NCBI RefSeq assembly: GCF_964355755.1
Contig: NC_092676.1
Span: 3,635,888 to 3,699,887, forward strand
Source: Antedon mediterranea
Lineage: Eukaryota; Animalia; Echinodermata
Direction of reading: 5' to 3'
DNA length: 64,000 nt
Program-made: the position numbers and the translations under genes
Notes under the pieces: generated by a model
Told to the model about the DNA's origin: nothing
The model's database searches: none
The model's input: only the letters and a program-made list of their open reading frames with translations
Shown here: piece after piece, positions 12,033 through 22,134 of the stretch
Layout of the letters: every line of letters begins with the position of its first letter
How positions within the stretch are numbered: position 1 is the first letter of the stretch

Positions 12033-13745
12033 ATGGCTCATCATCATTGCTTGTTGTGCCTGATTATATTGTATAGTATATTTTACGACTGTTTTGCACA
12101 AATATATCGATTCACAAAACATCCACAACCGGTTCTTGTTGCTGAAGGAAACACAGCAAGGCTATCATGTGCATGGAGACCAGAATTGTATGAACTGCAT
12201 AACTTTGAATGGGCATTTTTCCCTCAGAATGGTGGTGAGCCTCAACCAATTAGAATGTCAAATTCAAAATACAATCTAACAAATGACGCAACATCTTCGA
12301 ATCTTTCCATGTCCAATGTTGATTCTAATTACGCGGGAAACTACAGGTGTGATATCAGAGGAATTAATGAATACAGTGATTCTAAAGATGTTGCTGTAGT
12401 GATAGGAGAAATAACGTGCAATCCAGAATATGATAATGGTGGAATAGGAACAAAGATGACATGTTCTTATAATTCTTCTTATCCTTCAAATTATATTTAT
12501 TTACGATGGCATAAAGACGGAAATATAGTACTATCAGACACACAAGACAAACACGTTATAGAATCAATAGTTTTGATTGCTGAAGACGATGGAGCTGTGT
12601 TTACTTGTAAAGCTATACTCGAAAACCAAGTGATAGGAACTTGTGAAACTACTCCGCTAGTATTGAACATAGATGCAGAAATTTTACAATCACCACCAGG
12701 TACACTTCAGGTTGGAGAAAGCTTAATTCTTACCTGCTCAGGGAAAGGTAATCCTGATTATTATAATTATACATGGATGTGGAATGACAACCCTGTAGGA
12801 TCGTCCCCAGATAAAAATAGATATGCAATAGAGAGTGTGCTTACTGTGAAGGATGTATCAAGCAGTGACAATGACAAAATAGTTACTTGTACCATTAGTC
12901 GTGATGGTCGTGACAGCAGTACAGCGAGCTATACAATAAATGTTGCAGAAAATACGCAAAGTACAACTGCACGTTCACGCACAACACAAGGTAGGTCTAC
13001 TGTTACAGACCTACTATCAGCAACAACATTATCATCAACCAAACTATCAGCAAACAATGTCACGTATGACGAGCCACAAACATTGATTATTGTCATTGGC
13101 GTAGTTGCAACCGTTATTGTGATTTTGATAACAGCAGTTGTAATTTACATTTTACATAAAAGGCGTCAGAAACAGGATGGCAAAAAAACAAAACCTGAAA
13201 ATGTACCATTGAAAGAACCAATGTATGGTAACACTGATCAAAATATTAACAGTTCTGAAAAATCACGCGTACAAAATGGCCCTCGGAGTGAAAAGTTGAC
13301 AACAGATTTTACAGTATATGATGAGCCTACAATTTCAAGTTCAAATACTCAGTTGGAGACTATGTACGCAGAACCTGATAGGTTAGTAACTGGTCACGAT
13401 GCTAGGTATGACACGCCACGGAACGCTATAAGTCTTGACAATATCGATACAGCGAATACTGATGAAGCGAGTGATACTAAGCAAAGAAAAACAAAAAGCA
13501 GAGAATGTATTGATGCAATGTATGCAAAACCGAACAAGTCTCGCAGTACAGAAAGTATTGATGATCTGTATGCTAAGCCCAACAAACAGACTGCAAGAAC
13601 GCCAGAGATTACCCGTGAAGATCCTACTAAGAAAAACGTAGAAGGCCTAACGTACGCAGATATAGAGTTTAAAAGCGGTACTTTTCCAAACCCAGAACCA
13701 CAGGACTACGGACTTGATTACGCAACCGTACAGATTAAGAAGTAA
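12033..13745 (+). CDS. Intronless IgSF receptor (V-type + 2 Ig, S/T stalk, TM) with YxxP motifs and two C-terminal ITIMs
   Basis: Hydrophobic signal, C..W..YAGNYRC V domain, two more Cys pairs, TM IIVIGVVATVIVILITAVVIYIL. Tail has YDEP, YAEP, YDTP, YAKP x2, LTYADI and LDYATV. Confidence 0.92.
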   Translation: MAHHHCLLCLIILYSIFYDCFAQIYRFTKHPQPVLVAEGNTARLSCAWRPELYELHNFEWAFFPQNGGEPQPIRMSNSKYNLTNDATSSNLSMSNVDSNYAGNYRCDIRGINEYSDSKDVAVVIGEITCNPEYDNGGIGTKMTCSYNSSYPSNYIYLRWHKDGNIVLSDTQDKHVIESIVLIAEDDGAVFTCKAILENQVIGTCETTPLVLNIDAEILQSPPGTLQVGESLILTCSGKGNPDYYNYTWMWNDNPVGSSPDKNRYAIESVLTVKDVSSSDNDKIVTCTISRDGRDSSTASYTINVAENTQSTTARSRTTQGRSTVTDLLSATTLSSTKLSANNVTYDEPQTLIIVIGVVATVIVILITAVVIYILHKRRQKQDGKKTKPENVPLKEPMYGNTDQNINSSEKSRVQNGPRSEKLTTDFTVYDEPTISSSNTQLETMYAEPDRLVTGHDARYDTPRNAISLDNIDTANTDEASDTKQRKTKSRECIDAMYAKPNKSRSTESIDDLYAKPNKQTARTPEITREDPTKKNVEGLTYADIEFKSGTFPNPEPQDYGLDYATVQIKK

Positions 13746-13782
13746 ATATCTCCCGTAACTGTTACGGTGACCAATACCTTAC

Positions 13783-15739
13783 ATTTACAATGGTATAAAT
13801 CAGACGAACAAGTACTATCATACACACAAAACAAACACGTTATAGAATCAATAGTTTTGACTGCTGAAGACGATGGAGCTGTGTTTACTTGTAAAGCTAT
13901 ACTCGAAAACCAAGTTATAGGAACGTGTGAAACTACTCCGCTAATACTGACTATAGATGCAGAGATTGATCAATCACCACCAGGTGTACTTCAGGTTGGG
14001 GATAGCTTTAATCTTACCTGCTCAGGGAAAGGTAATCCTGATTATTATAATTATACATGGGTGTGGAAAAACAAACCAGTAGAATCGTCCCCAGGAAAAA
14101 ATAAATTTGCAAAAGATAATGTGCTTACTATGACGAGTGTATTAAGCAATGCCAATGGCAAAACAGTTACTTGTACTATTAGTCGTGATGGTCGTAACAG
14201 CAGTACAGCGAGGTATACAATACACGTCATAAGCCCCTTTCTCACAGAGTTGTGTGCCAGGAATATTGCGGGAATATACCATTACCATGCCGGTATGGTT
14301 TTCTGTGAGAACGGGTCGTCTTGGCATCATGCCGGCACCATGCCGGCATCGACATGACCTGCTTTAGACCTAGTAATATTCTAGGGATATTCCCCGCAAT
14401 GCCAGACGGGCATTCTGTGAGAACGTATTGCCGTTATATTCCGGGGTTCCCCGTCGAGGCTTTGACACCTTGCGCAGTCAAGTGTATCACTTTGGCGCCT
14501 ATTCAATTCAATTAACAATAATAATGTCGAACTGGAGGGATAATGAGATAAGAGAGCTGCTTAAAATAAGGGGACAAGAAGAAATTTGTAGCATAATCTA
14601 TATAGGCCGCTAGGCTAGGCCAGCCATTAGCTCGTTGTTTGTTGGTGCCTGACCTTTCGTCGCCTTGTAAATTGTAGGCCTACAGCCTTCTAAGGTGTTT
14701 TACAGATTGCCGATGACGGCAAATTAATTGCTATACCTGTATAATATATGCACAATATACTGTACATAGCATGTATTGCATAAATATGCTATAAAGGAAG
14801 ATAATAATCTGTAACTTAACATTCGCCGCCATATCATCGCTAGACAAAAATAATAACAATAAAGGACGCCCTCAATAATTATTTTGTCAGAGAGTTTTTA
14901 TTGGCCGAATATGCCCGACTCCTTTCTCACAGAAAGCCGGTATATACCGGTTATATTTCCGGCACGATAGTCCGATGAGAATGGGTATATGCCGGTAACG
15001 ATACCGGCACGACGCCAGCACTGTACCGGTATATTGCAGGCACATCTGTGAGAAAGGGGCTTTAGAGAATACGCCTACTGTTACAGACCCACTATCAGCA
15101 AACAATGTCACAGACGAGCCTCAAACATTGATTATTGTCATTGGCGTAGTTGCAACAGTTATTGTGATTTTGATAACAGCAATTGTAATTTACATTTTAC
15201 ATAAAAGACGTAAGAAACAGGATGACAAAAAGACAAAACCTGAAAGTGTACCATTGAAAGAACCAATGCATGGTAACACTGATCAAAATATTAACAGTTC
15301 TGAAAAATCACGCGTACAAAATGGCACTCGGAGTGAAAAGTTGACAACAGATTTTACAGTATATGATGAGCCTACGATTTCAAGTTCAAATACTCAGTTG
15401 GAGACTATGTACGCAGAACCTGATAGGTTAGTAACTGGTTACGATGCTAGGTATGACACGCCACGGAACGCTATAAGTCTTGACAACATCGATACAGCGA
15501 ATACTGATGAAGAGAGTGATGCTAAGCCAAGAAAAACAAAAAGCAGAGAAAGTATTGATGCAATGTATGCGAAACCGAACAAGTCGCGCAGTACAGAAAG
15601 TATTGATGATCTGTACGCTACGCCTAACAAACCGACTAGCGTAGAAGGCCTAACGTACGCAGATATAGAGTTTAAAAGCGGTACGTTTCCAAACCCCGAA
15701 CCACAGGACTACAGATTAAGAAGTAAATATCTCCCGTAA
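13783..15739 (+). pseudogene. 5'-truncated tandem duplicate of the 12033 receptor, interrupted by a transposon
   Basis: Starts mid-Ig2 directly after the 3' flank of the parent. The frame is restored when 14232-15064 is removed (GTC ATA GAG AAT). A 22-nt deletion removes the last ITIM. Confidence 0.88.
14232..15061. mobile_element. Non-autonomous PIF/Harbinger-like element
   Basis: TIR AGCCCCTTTCTCACAGA, flanks ATA/TTA. Internal MSNWRDNEIRELLKIRGQEEI (14524-14586) resembles the start of the Harbinger Myb/SANT-like protein. Confidence 0.75.
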
Positions 15740-16279
15740 CTGTTACGGTGACCAATACCTTACATTTATCATTACGAATCAACTTTTGACATGTGACGTA
15801 ACCGCATCGTTCAATATTGCTTGTACTGTACAAAGCTATTTTAATGCAATGTGTATTATAGGCCTAAAATATAACAGTCAAACGAATTTATATCGTAATG
15901 GTATACGTCATAGGCATCTCATAAACGATGAAGGAATTTGTTGATATCCATTAAAACAAAAACAAATTTCATAATATTTACTACCATGGGTTGCTGTAAT
16001 TTTATTTTATTAGAAACATTATAGGCCTAATTCTGAAGATTTTGTGAAATATCAGATTTTAGCCACATGGCAAGTGAAGCGTTTTGGCAAATCATGGACA
16101 CGTGTCCCGCAGAAAAATAAAATACAACTAATATTGGAAAACTCTCTCCATAATTTCAAGTTTAACTTTATCTACGGAGGCCTAGCTCAACACGGATGTT
16201 CTTTGCTGCAGCCGTCCTATAGAAAGGACAGCAGTTGTGTACGCAGTAGCAGTAAATAAACTTACAATAATAAAAAACA

Positions 16280-16289
16280 GGAAAGTCCC
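16280..16289 (-). promoter_or_regulatory. Canonical NF-kB site GGGACTTTCC upstream of the 16764 receptor
   Basis: The + strand reads GGAAAGTCCC, about 475 nt upstream of the ATG, within a block conserved among paralog upstream regions. Confidence 0.5.
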
Positions 16290-16763
16290 AAATTTTAAAT
16301 ACAAGTTACACTCTAGGGGGCAGTATACAATACTACCGGTATACCTGACAGTCGGTAATCTGTGACAATAACTTGAAACCGGAAATCCAGTTTTTTCTGT
16401 ATATACCATCGAGCCCGACGTTCCAATACAGTGATTTAGAATACAGGAATCAGATCGAGTGAGTGTTTAAACTAGTACCATTTCTATCAAAGTTGATTAT
16501 TTCTGTATTATATCGTAGCATTTTACAATACACAGTGATAAGAAGCAGTAAAATCATAATCGAAAGTGTTCTTAAACTGGATAAAACTTCTATCACAATG
16601 TATACAGTTTTACATTGTATTAAGTATCTTTAAATCATCGGAATCCAGTATTTCTCAACGTTTTTATTCCGTACCAACAATCTCTATTTTGATAAGGAAA
16701 TTGATTTACACCAATCTATAGCAATATTTGGAACTCAACCATCGGAAGGAACTACAAAGTGTA

Positions 16764-18524
16764 ATGGCTCATCCCCAACATTGGACATTGCTGTTTTACA
16801 AGAAGTGTCTGATTATATCTTATAGTATATTTTACTGCTGTTATGCACGATCTTATACTTTTACAAAACATCCACAATCAGTTCTCGTTGCAGAAGGACA
16901 AACAGCAACGTTGTCATGTGCATGGTCACCAGCATTGAATGGAAACCATGATTTTGCATGGTCTTATTATCGACCTGGTATTAACATTCAACGAATTGAT
17001 GGTTTAAATGCAAGATACAATATAATAAATGAAGCAACCTTTTCAAATCTTTCCATTTTCAATGTTGGCTCTTTTGAAGTAGGAAGATACAGGTGTGATA
17101 TCTTTGACGATGACGCTTCATACATTCTTTCTGAGCAGGCTCTTGTAGTGCTAGGAGAAATATCGTGCAATCCAGAATACGACAATGGTGAAACAGGAAC
17201 AACGATGGCATGTTCTTATATTTCCTCTTATAATGTTAATGCTATTGATTTATTATTTTATAAGAACGGAAAAATAATTACATCAGAAGTACAAGATAAT
17301 GTTTTAGAATCAAGGGCTTTGACTAGCGAAGACGATGGAGCTGTATTTACTTGTAAAGCCACCATAAAACCAAACAATCAAGTGATAGGAACGTGTGAAA
17401 CTACTCCGCTAGTACTGAATATCGATGCAGAGATTGAACAATCACCACCAGGTCCACTTCAAGTTGGTGATAGCTTTAACCTTACCTGCTCAGGGAAAGG
17501 TAATCCTGATTATTATGAATATGAATGGAAGTGGAATGACAACCCAGTAGATTCATTAAGAGGTAACAGTCGAAGTGCAATAGGCAATGTGTTTACTGTG
17601 ACAGGCGTTTCAAGCAGTGCCAAAGACAAAATAGTTACTTGTACTATTAGTCGTAGTGGTCGTAACAGCAGTACAGCGAGCTATACAATAAACGTTTCAG
17701 AAAACAGTTTAAGTACAACACCACAAGGCAGGCAACAATCCATTACAGATCAACTATCAACAACCAATGTCCCAGATGAAGATCCACAAACAGTGATTAT
17801 TGTCATTGGCGTAGTGGCAATAGCTATTGTGATTTTGATAACAGCAATTATAATTCACATTTTATATAAAAGGCGCAAAAGACAGTACGACAAAAAGACA
17901 AAACCCGAAAGTGTACCATTGAAAGAACCAATGTACGACAACATTGAACAAGACATTAACAGTTCTGAAAAAACTTACAATTCTGAAAAAACGCACGTAG
18001 AAAATGGCTCTCTACGTGAAACATTAAAAACAGATTTATCAATATATGATGCGCCTACGATTTCAAATTCAAATACTCAGTTGGAGACTATGTACGCCGA
18101 ACCTGATATGTTAGTAATTGGTCACAATGCTAGGTATGACACGCCACGGAACGCAGTAAGTCTGGACAATATCGATTCAGTGAATGAAGCAAGTGATGCT
18201 AACCCAAGAAAAACAAAAAGCAGAGAAAGTATTGATGAAATGTATGCGAAACCGAACAAGTCCCGCAGTAAAGAGAGTATTGATGATCTGTACTCTAAGC
18301 CTAACAAACGGAATACGAACACGCCGATCGAGGCCCACAGTAAAGAGAGTATTGATGATCTGTATGCTAAGCCTAACAAATCGACCACAAACACACCAGA
18401 CCCTACTAAGAAAAACGTAGAAGGCCTAACGTACGCAGATATAGAGTTTAAAAGTGGTACGTTTCCAACCCCCGAACCACAGGATTACGGACTTGATTAC
18501 GCAACTGTACAAACCATAAAATAA
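16764..18524 (+). CDS. Intronless IgSF receptor (V-type + 2 Ig, TM) with YxxP repeats and two C-terminal ITIMs
   Basis: Paralog of 12033. EVGRYRC V-domain motif, TM VIIVIGVVAIAIVILITAIIIHIL, tail ends LTYADIEFKSGTFPTPEPQDYGLDYATVQTIK. Confidence 0.92.
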   Translation: MAHPQHWTLLFYKKCLIISYSIFYCCYARSYTFTKHPQSVLVAEGQTATLSCAWSPALNGNHDFAWSYYRPGINIQRIDGLNARYNIINEATFSNLSIFNVGSFEVGRYRCDIFDDDASYILSEQALVVLGEISCNPEYDNGETGTTMACSYISSYNVNAIDLLFYKNGKIITSEVQDNVLESRALTSEDDGAVFTCKATIKPNNQVIGTCETTPLVLNIDAEIEQSPPGPLQVGDSFNLTCSGKGNPDYYEYEWKWNDNPVDSLRGNSRSAIGNVFTVTGVSSSAKDKIVTCTISRSGRNSSTASYTINVSENSLSTTPQGRQQSITDQLSTTNVPDEDPQTVIIVIGVVAIAIVILITAIIIHILYKRRKRQYDKKTKPESVPLKEPMYDNIEQDINSSEKTYNSEKTHVENGSLRETLKTDLSIYDAPTISNSNTQLETMYAEPDMLVIGHNARYDTPRNAVSLDNIDSVNEASDANPRKTKSRESIDEMYAKPNKSRSKESIDDLYSKPNKRNTNTPIEAHSKESIDDLYAKPNKSTTNTPDPTKKNVEGLTYADIEFKSGTFPTPEPQDYGLDYATVQTIK

Positions 18525-19144
18525 CGTAATAATTATTACGTAATCGTTACAATAATCACTAAGTTTATATTTACGTTTATTGTCACGTTAATGTTTAAAC
18601 AATTTAAAGATTCGCTTAATCGTTGATGCATATTACAATCATATAAATATATATGCTTTTATTCACCAGATCCATTATGCTTATTATAAGATAGCTTAAG
18701 ATTTTACAATGAAATAATTACACTTTTACGGTATATCATACATTATGTATTAAATAATAGGATACCAATTGTAGAGTCTTAGTTTCAATATTGTACCACA
18801 AGATTGATCTCTTTTTTGACCGTTATAATTGTTTTTGTAATAAAATTAGTAAAATTGTATAAATTTGTATTGTTAGATTTTAAGATTTATATATATTTTT
18901 ATATGGTATAGTTTATTCCATTCTGTAAGGGGCGGGTTTCCCGCTGTTGAATGAGTTTGAATAAAATAAAATAAAATAAAATAAAAGACGCGAATTATAA
19001 TTTGCAGGCCTATGAGTTCCACCATTTTGTACATGGCTTGTGAATAGTTGCTATTACATTCCTTAAATATATTTGTACATAGACCAGCCAAGGACCAAAT
19101 AATGTGTTCCAAAATTCTCCATAAAATGAGCTATATAAGAGTAA

Positions 19145-19308
19145 AGCTCTGTCTACACTATCAAACTTAATGTGACAAAAAAAATGTGATGTGCCCATAC
19201 ATGGACACGGTGATGCCATATACCCTACCATATTTGGGAATATCACTACCATATATGGGCACATCACACTTTTTTTGTCACATAACGTTTGATAGTGTAG
19301 ACAGAGCT
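19145..19308. mobile_element. Tourist/Harbinger-type MITE family A, copy 1
   Basis: TIR AGCTCTGTCTACACTATCAAAC, TSD TAA. Six copies in the window. Confidence 0.88.
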
Positions 19309-19440
19309 TAAAACTTATTTTGATCTCGAACCTAACCCTTTACTTAAGACCTATGTTCCTACTAAAATGAACATGACGTATGTATCTTTTATAAATGTTG
19401 ATATAAAGTTTGCCGTACACCACGTGTATTAACTGTTGAG

Positions 19441-19490
19441 TTTCTCGACGTTTCGATCAATACGCTTTGATCGTCCTCAGGAGTGAGAAA
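19441..19490 (-). ncRNA. Putative minimal type-I hammerhead ribozyme (Penelope-type)
   Basis: Minus strand reads CTC-CTGAGGA-C-GATCAA-agcgta-TTGATC-GAAA-CG-TC-GAG, giving the core boxes, stem II and a short stem I. Confidence 0.45.
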
Positions 19491-19781
19491 TCGTTTATAA
19501 ACATTGTATAATATTGCATATACTGTAAATTAAGATCAATGTATTTAATGTTCTTCCTGGTACTGTATACCATTTCTTAATTCTTTCCTGTTTGCAATTC
19601 TACCTGTTTCAGTAGGCAATAGAAGGATATTCGTCCCTTGAACCTATTTCCTCTAGACATCCTTAATAACAAAGTTCAAATGCAAAACAAATAATTACTG
19701 TCGTCCGGTTTCCTACATAAGCCTATGTAGAAGATACATTTTTTCATATGTGTTATATTACTACAGTAAAACCACTCCTTA

Positions 19782-19914
19782 AGCTTGGTTCCCACTAGGA
19801 CGTAACGTAAGCGCAACGCAAGCAAGCTGACCATAACAAGCGACAGTTTGTGTGTCATTGGTCAAATTACTTGCGTTGCTCCTACGTCCTTGCGTTACTA
19901 GTGGGAACCAAGCT
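19782..19914. mobile_element. Harbinger-type MITE family B
   Basis: TIR AGCTTGGTTCCCACTAG, TSD TTA. A degenerate relative lies at about 23990-24146. Confidence 0.82.
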
Positions 19915-20959
19915 TTAGGGTCACTCTAGTAATCTTGTTGATTTCCATTTTTTGTGTGGAAATAAATGTTTATCAGAGAGACACCCATAGTAAGGGGCCA
20001 CTTTGTTGGGTCCTGAAGGGTGTCACATTAATAGGCGTTCAACTGAAATTGTGTTCACTTTAAAATTTCAAAAAGCATGTGTATAACTCAGGGAAGAGTG
20101 AAATCCACCCTTCCATTGTGTATTATAGTATTTTAAGATGAATAAACAGGGTATTATACTAGTATTACAAGGCCTCTCCATATGTATCGTTCTTAGTCGA
20201 AATATTAATTGTTATTTTCTAAAAACTTTTAAAGAAGCTATAATATTTCTATATATGCTCCTCAATTTGTAATTTTTTATTTTTTTTTTCAAAATAACTT
20301 TATTTATTCCAATCGCTCTTTTGGGCGTTCTTGTGCCAAAGTTTACTATTGCAACTTCAGTTTACCAAATTTTCTTAAATTGTATTGTGATTATAATAAA
20401 AAGCTTTAAACGGAAAAATATCTATTTCTTTGTACTAATTTTTGTGGTACCACGGTCATATCCTTAATCACGCTATACACAGTACCGTCTCTTGTACAGT
20501 AGCTTAAGACTATAATCCACAAGTTATACGGTACGTACATAAAATCTCTGTTAGGTCAAAATGTATAAGCCTGTTTTGTGTTCGTTCAACTTGAATAGAA
20601 AATACAAATTGTATTCAGCGTACGTGTTCCGGGTCAAGAGTTATACAAATACAACACAAGCAAAATAACTAGAAAAGTCCCGTTGTAAAGGAACGGATAT
20701 TGTAGAAGGAAGAAAGAATATAACGAAATGCCGTTTAAAAATCTAAGAACTCGTTATGACGTAGCGTAGAAACGACCAAGGTTGTATTCACACACACAAC
20801 TTAATTTATTCACTACAACCCTCCCAACTCCCCCGCAAAAAAAAAACATCATACATAATTTTATCTCCGTTTTATTACATTGCGGACACTGGTGACATTT
20901 TTACCGAGGGACGGGAATGTTTCATTTGATTTATTTATTTGACATCAAAAATGTCGTAG

Positions 20960-21547
20960 TGATATATATTACTGTGAGAATTTTCAAATGCTCAATGAAT
21001 AAAATGAATCTCCTCCTATTTTCATACCTGTGATCAATCTAACCTTCTCAATATATCCCCCACACCAATCGCGTCTTAAACAAATCTAACTTCGGACGAA
21101 TCACACATCAGCTTAATTCTGAATGTTCTGAGAGGTGTGAAGGGCGGTTAATACATTGGAAGGCAAAGACCAATACATTTTTAAATTCATCGTTTGTTAT
21201 TTTCCCTAGATTATGGGAGCAACTTCCCAATGAAATTAAAAAATGTGCTACAATTTCAGACTTTAAAGCCCAACTCATCAAACATTTGATCTCAAAATAT
21301 TAAGTTGTAATTGTTTATATTGTTTATTCAATGCAGCTTATTTTTAATTGGTGTATCTCATTATAACTTTGTTTTGTTTTATTTTGACTTAATTTGTGCT
21401 ACTTAGTTTTGTTATTTTTGTATTTTATAAGTAATGATGGAGTAAGAGCAGTTTTCTGTTTGGGCTCATGCCTATTACTTGCTCCTGGCAAGATGAATTG
21501 TAAAATGTACTTTATGAACTTTTGCCCAATAAATATTATTATTATAA
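20960..21547 (+). mobile_element. 3' fragment of a CR1/L2-group LINE
   Basis: Encodes FPRLWEQLPNEIKKCATISDFKAQLIKHLISKY* (ends 21303), then an AT-rich UTR with AATAAA-(ATT)n. A similar tail is inverted at about 37925-38015. Confidence 0.65.
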
Positions 21548-22134
21548 CAACAAAAGTAAACAACCAATGAGACCCCTTAATTTTCCTTTATTGACAATTT
21601 CAGCAACGAAAAAAAGAAATCATTGGGGACGGGGGTAAATCCAGACACAGTTCACAGAACAACGATAGACACCACGGCACATTTTCTGGATATTTTATTA
21701 AGAAATATTAACGATTCATAAAAAATGTATTAAACGACGTGATTATCTTCAATTATAACTTATATCTTACTTGATAACATATTAAATGAGTTTGTGTCGA
21801 GTGCAAGTGTTGTTACATATAACACTCGACACAAACACGTTTAGTTTGTTTTTAGTGTTAACAAAGTTTTAACGATGATTAATCATATTCAAGGTGGTTT
21901 AGTGACGTAATTTTGAAATTAGTAATATCTTACTAATTTATTTAAATATTATATGATAAAAGAGTATATAAAATTACCTATACCCTAAAAAATGACATAA
22001 TATAAATACAATAATTAGTCCAAATGTTTTAAAAATAGTATTTCAGATAGTTTAACGCTACTCAGATTATTCTAATTACAGTAATTATTAATGTTGTTAT
22101 TAATATTAGAAAACAATTCAAAGCAATAATGTAT

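Noticed and set aside
3382-18524. V(D)J-like somatic rearrangement of V segments
   Set aside because: V domains are already fused to C, TM and tail, and I saw no heptamer/nonamer signals or separate J segments.
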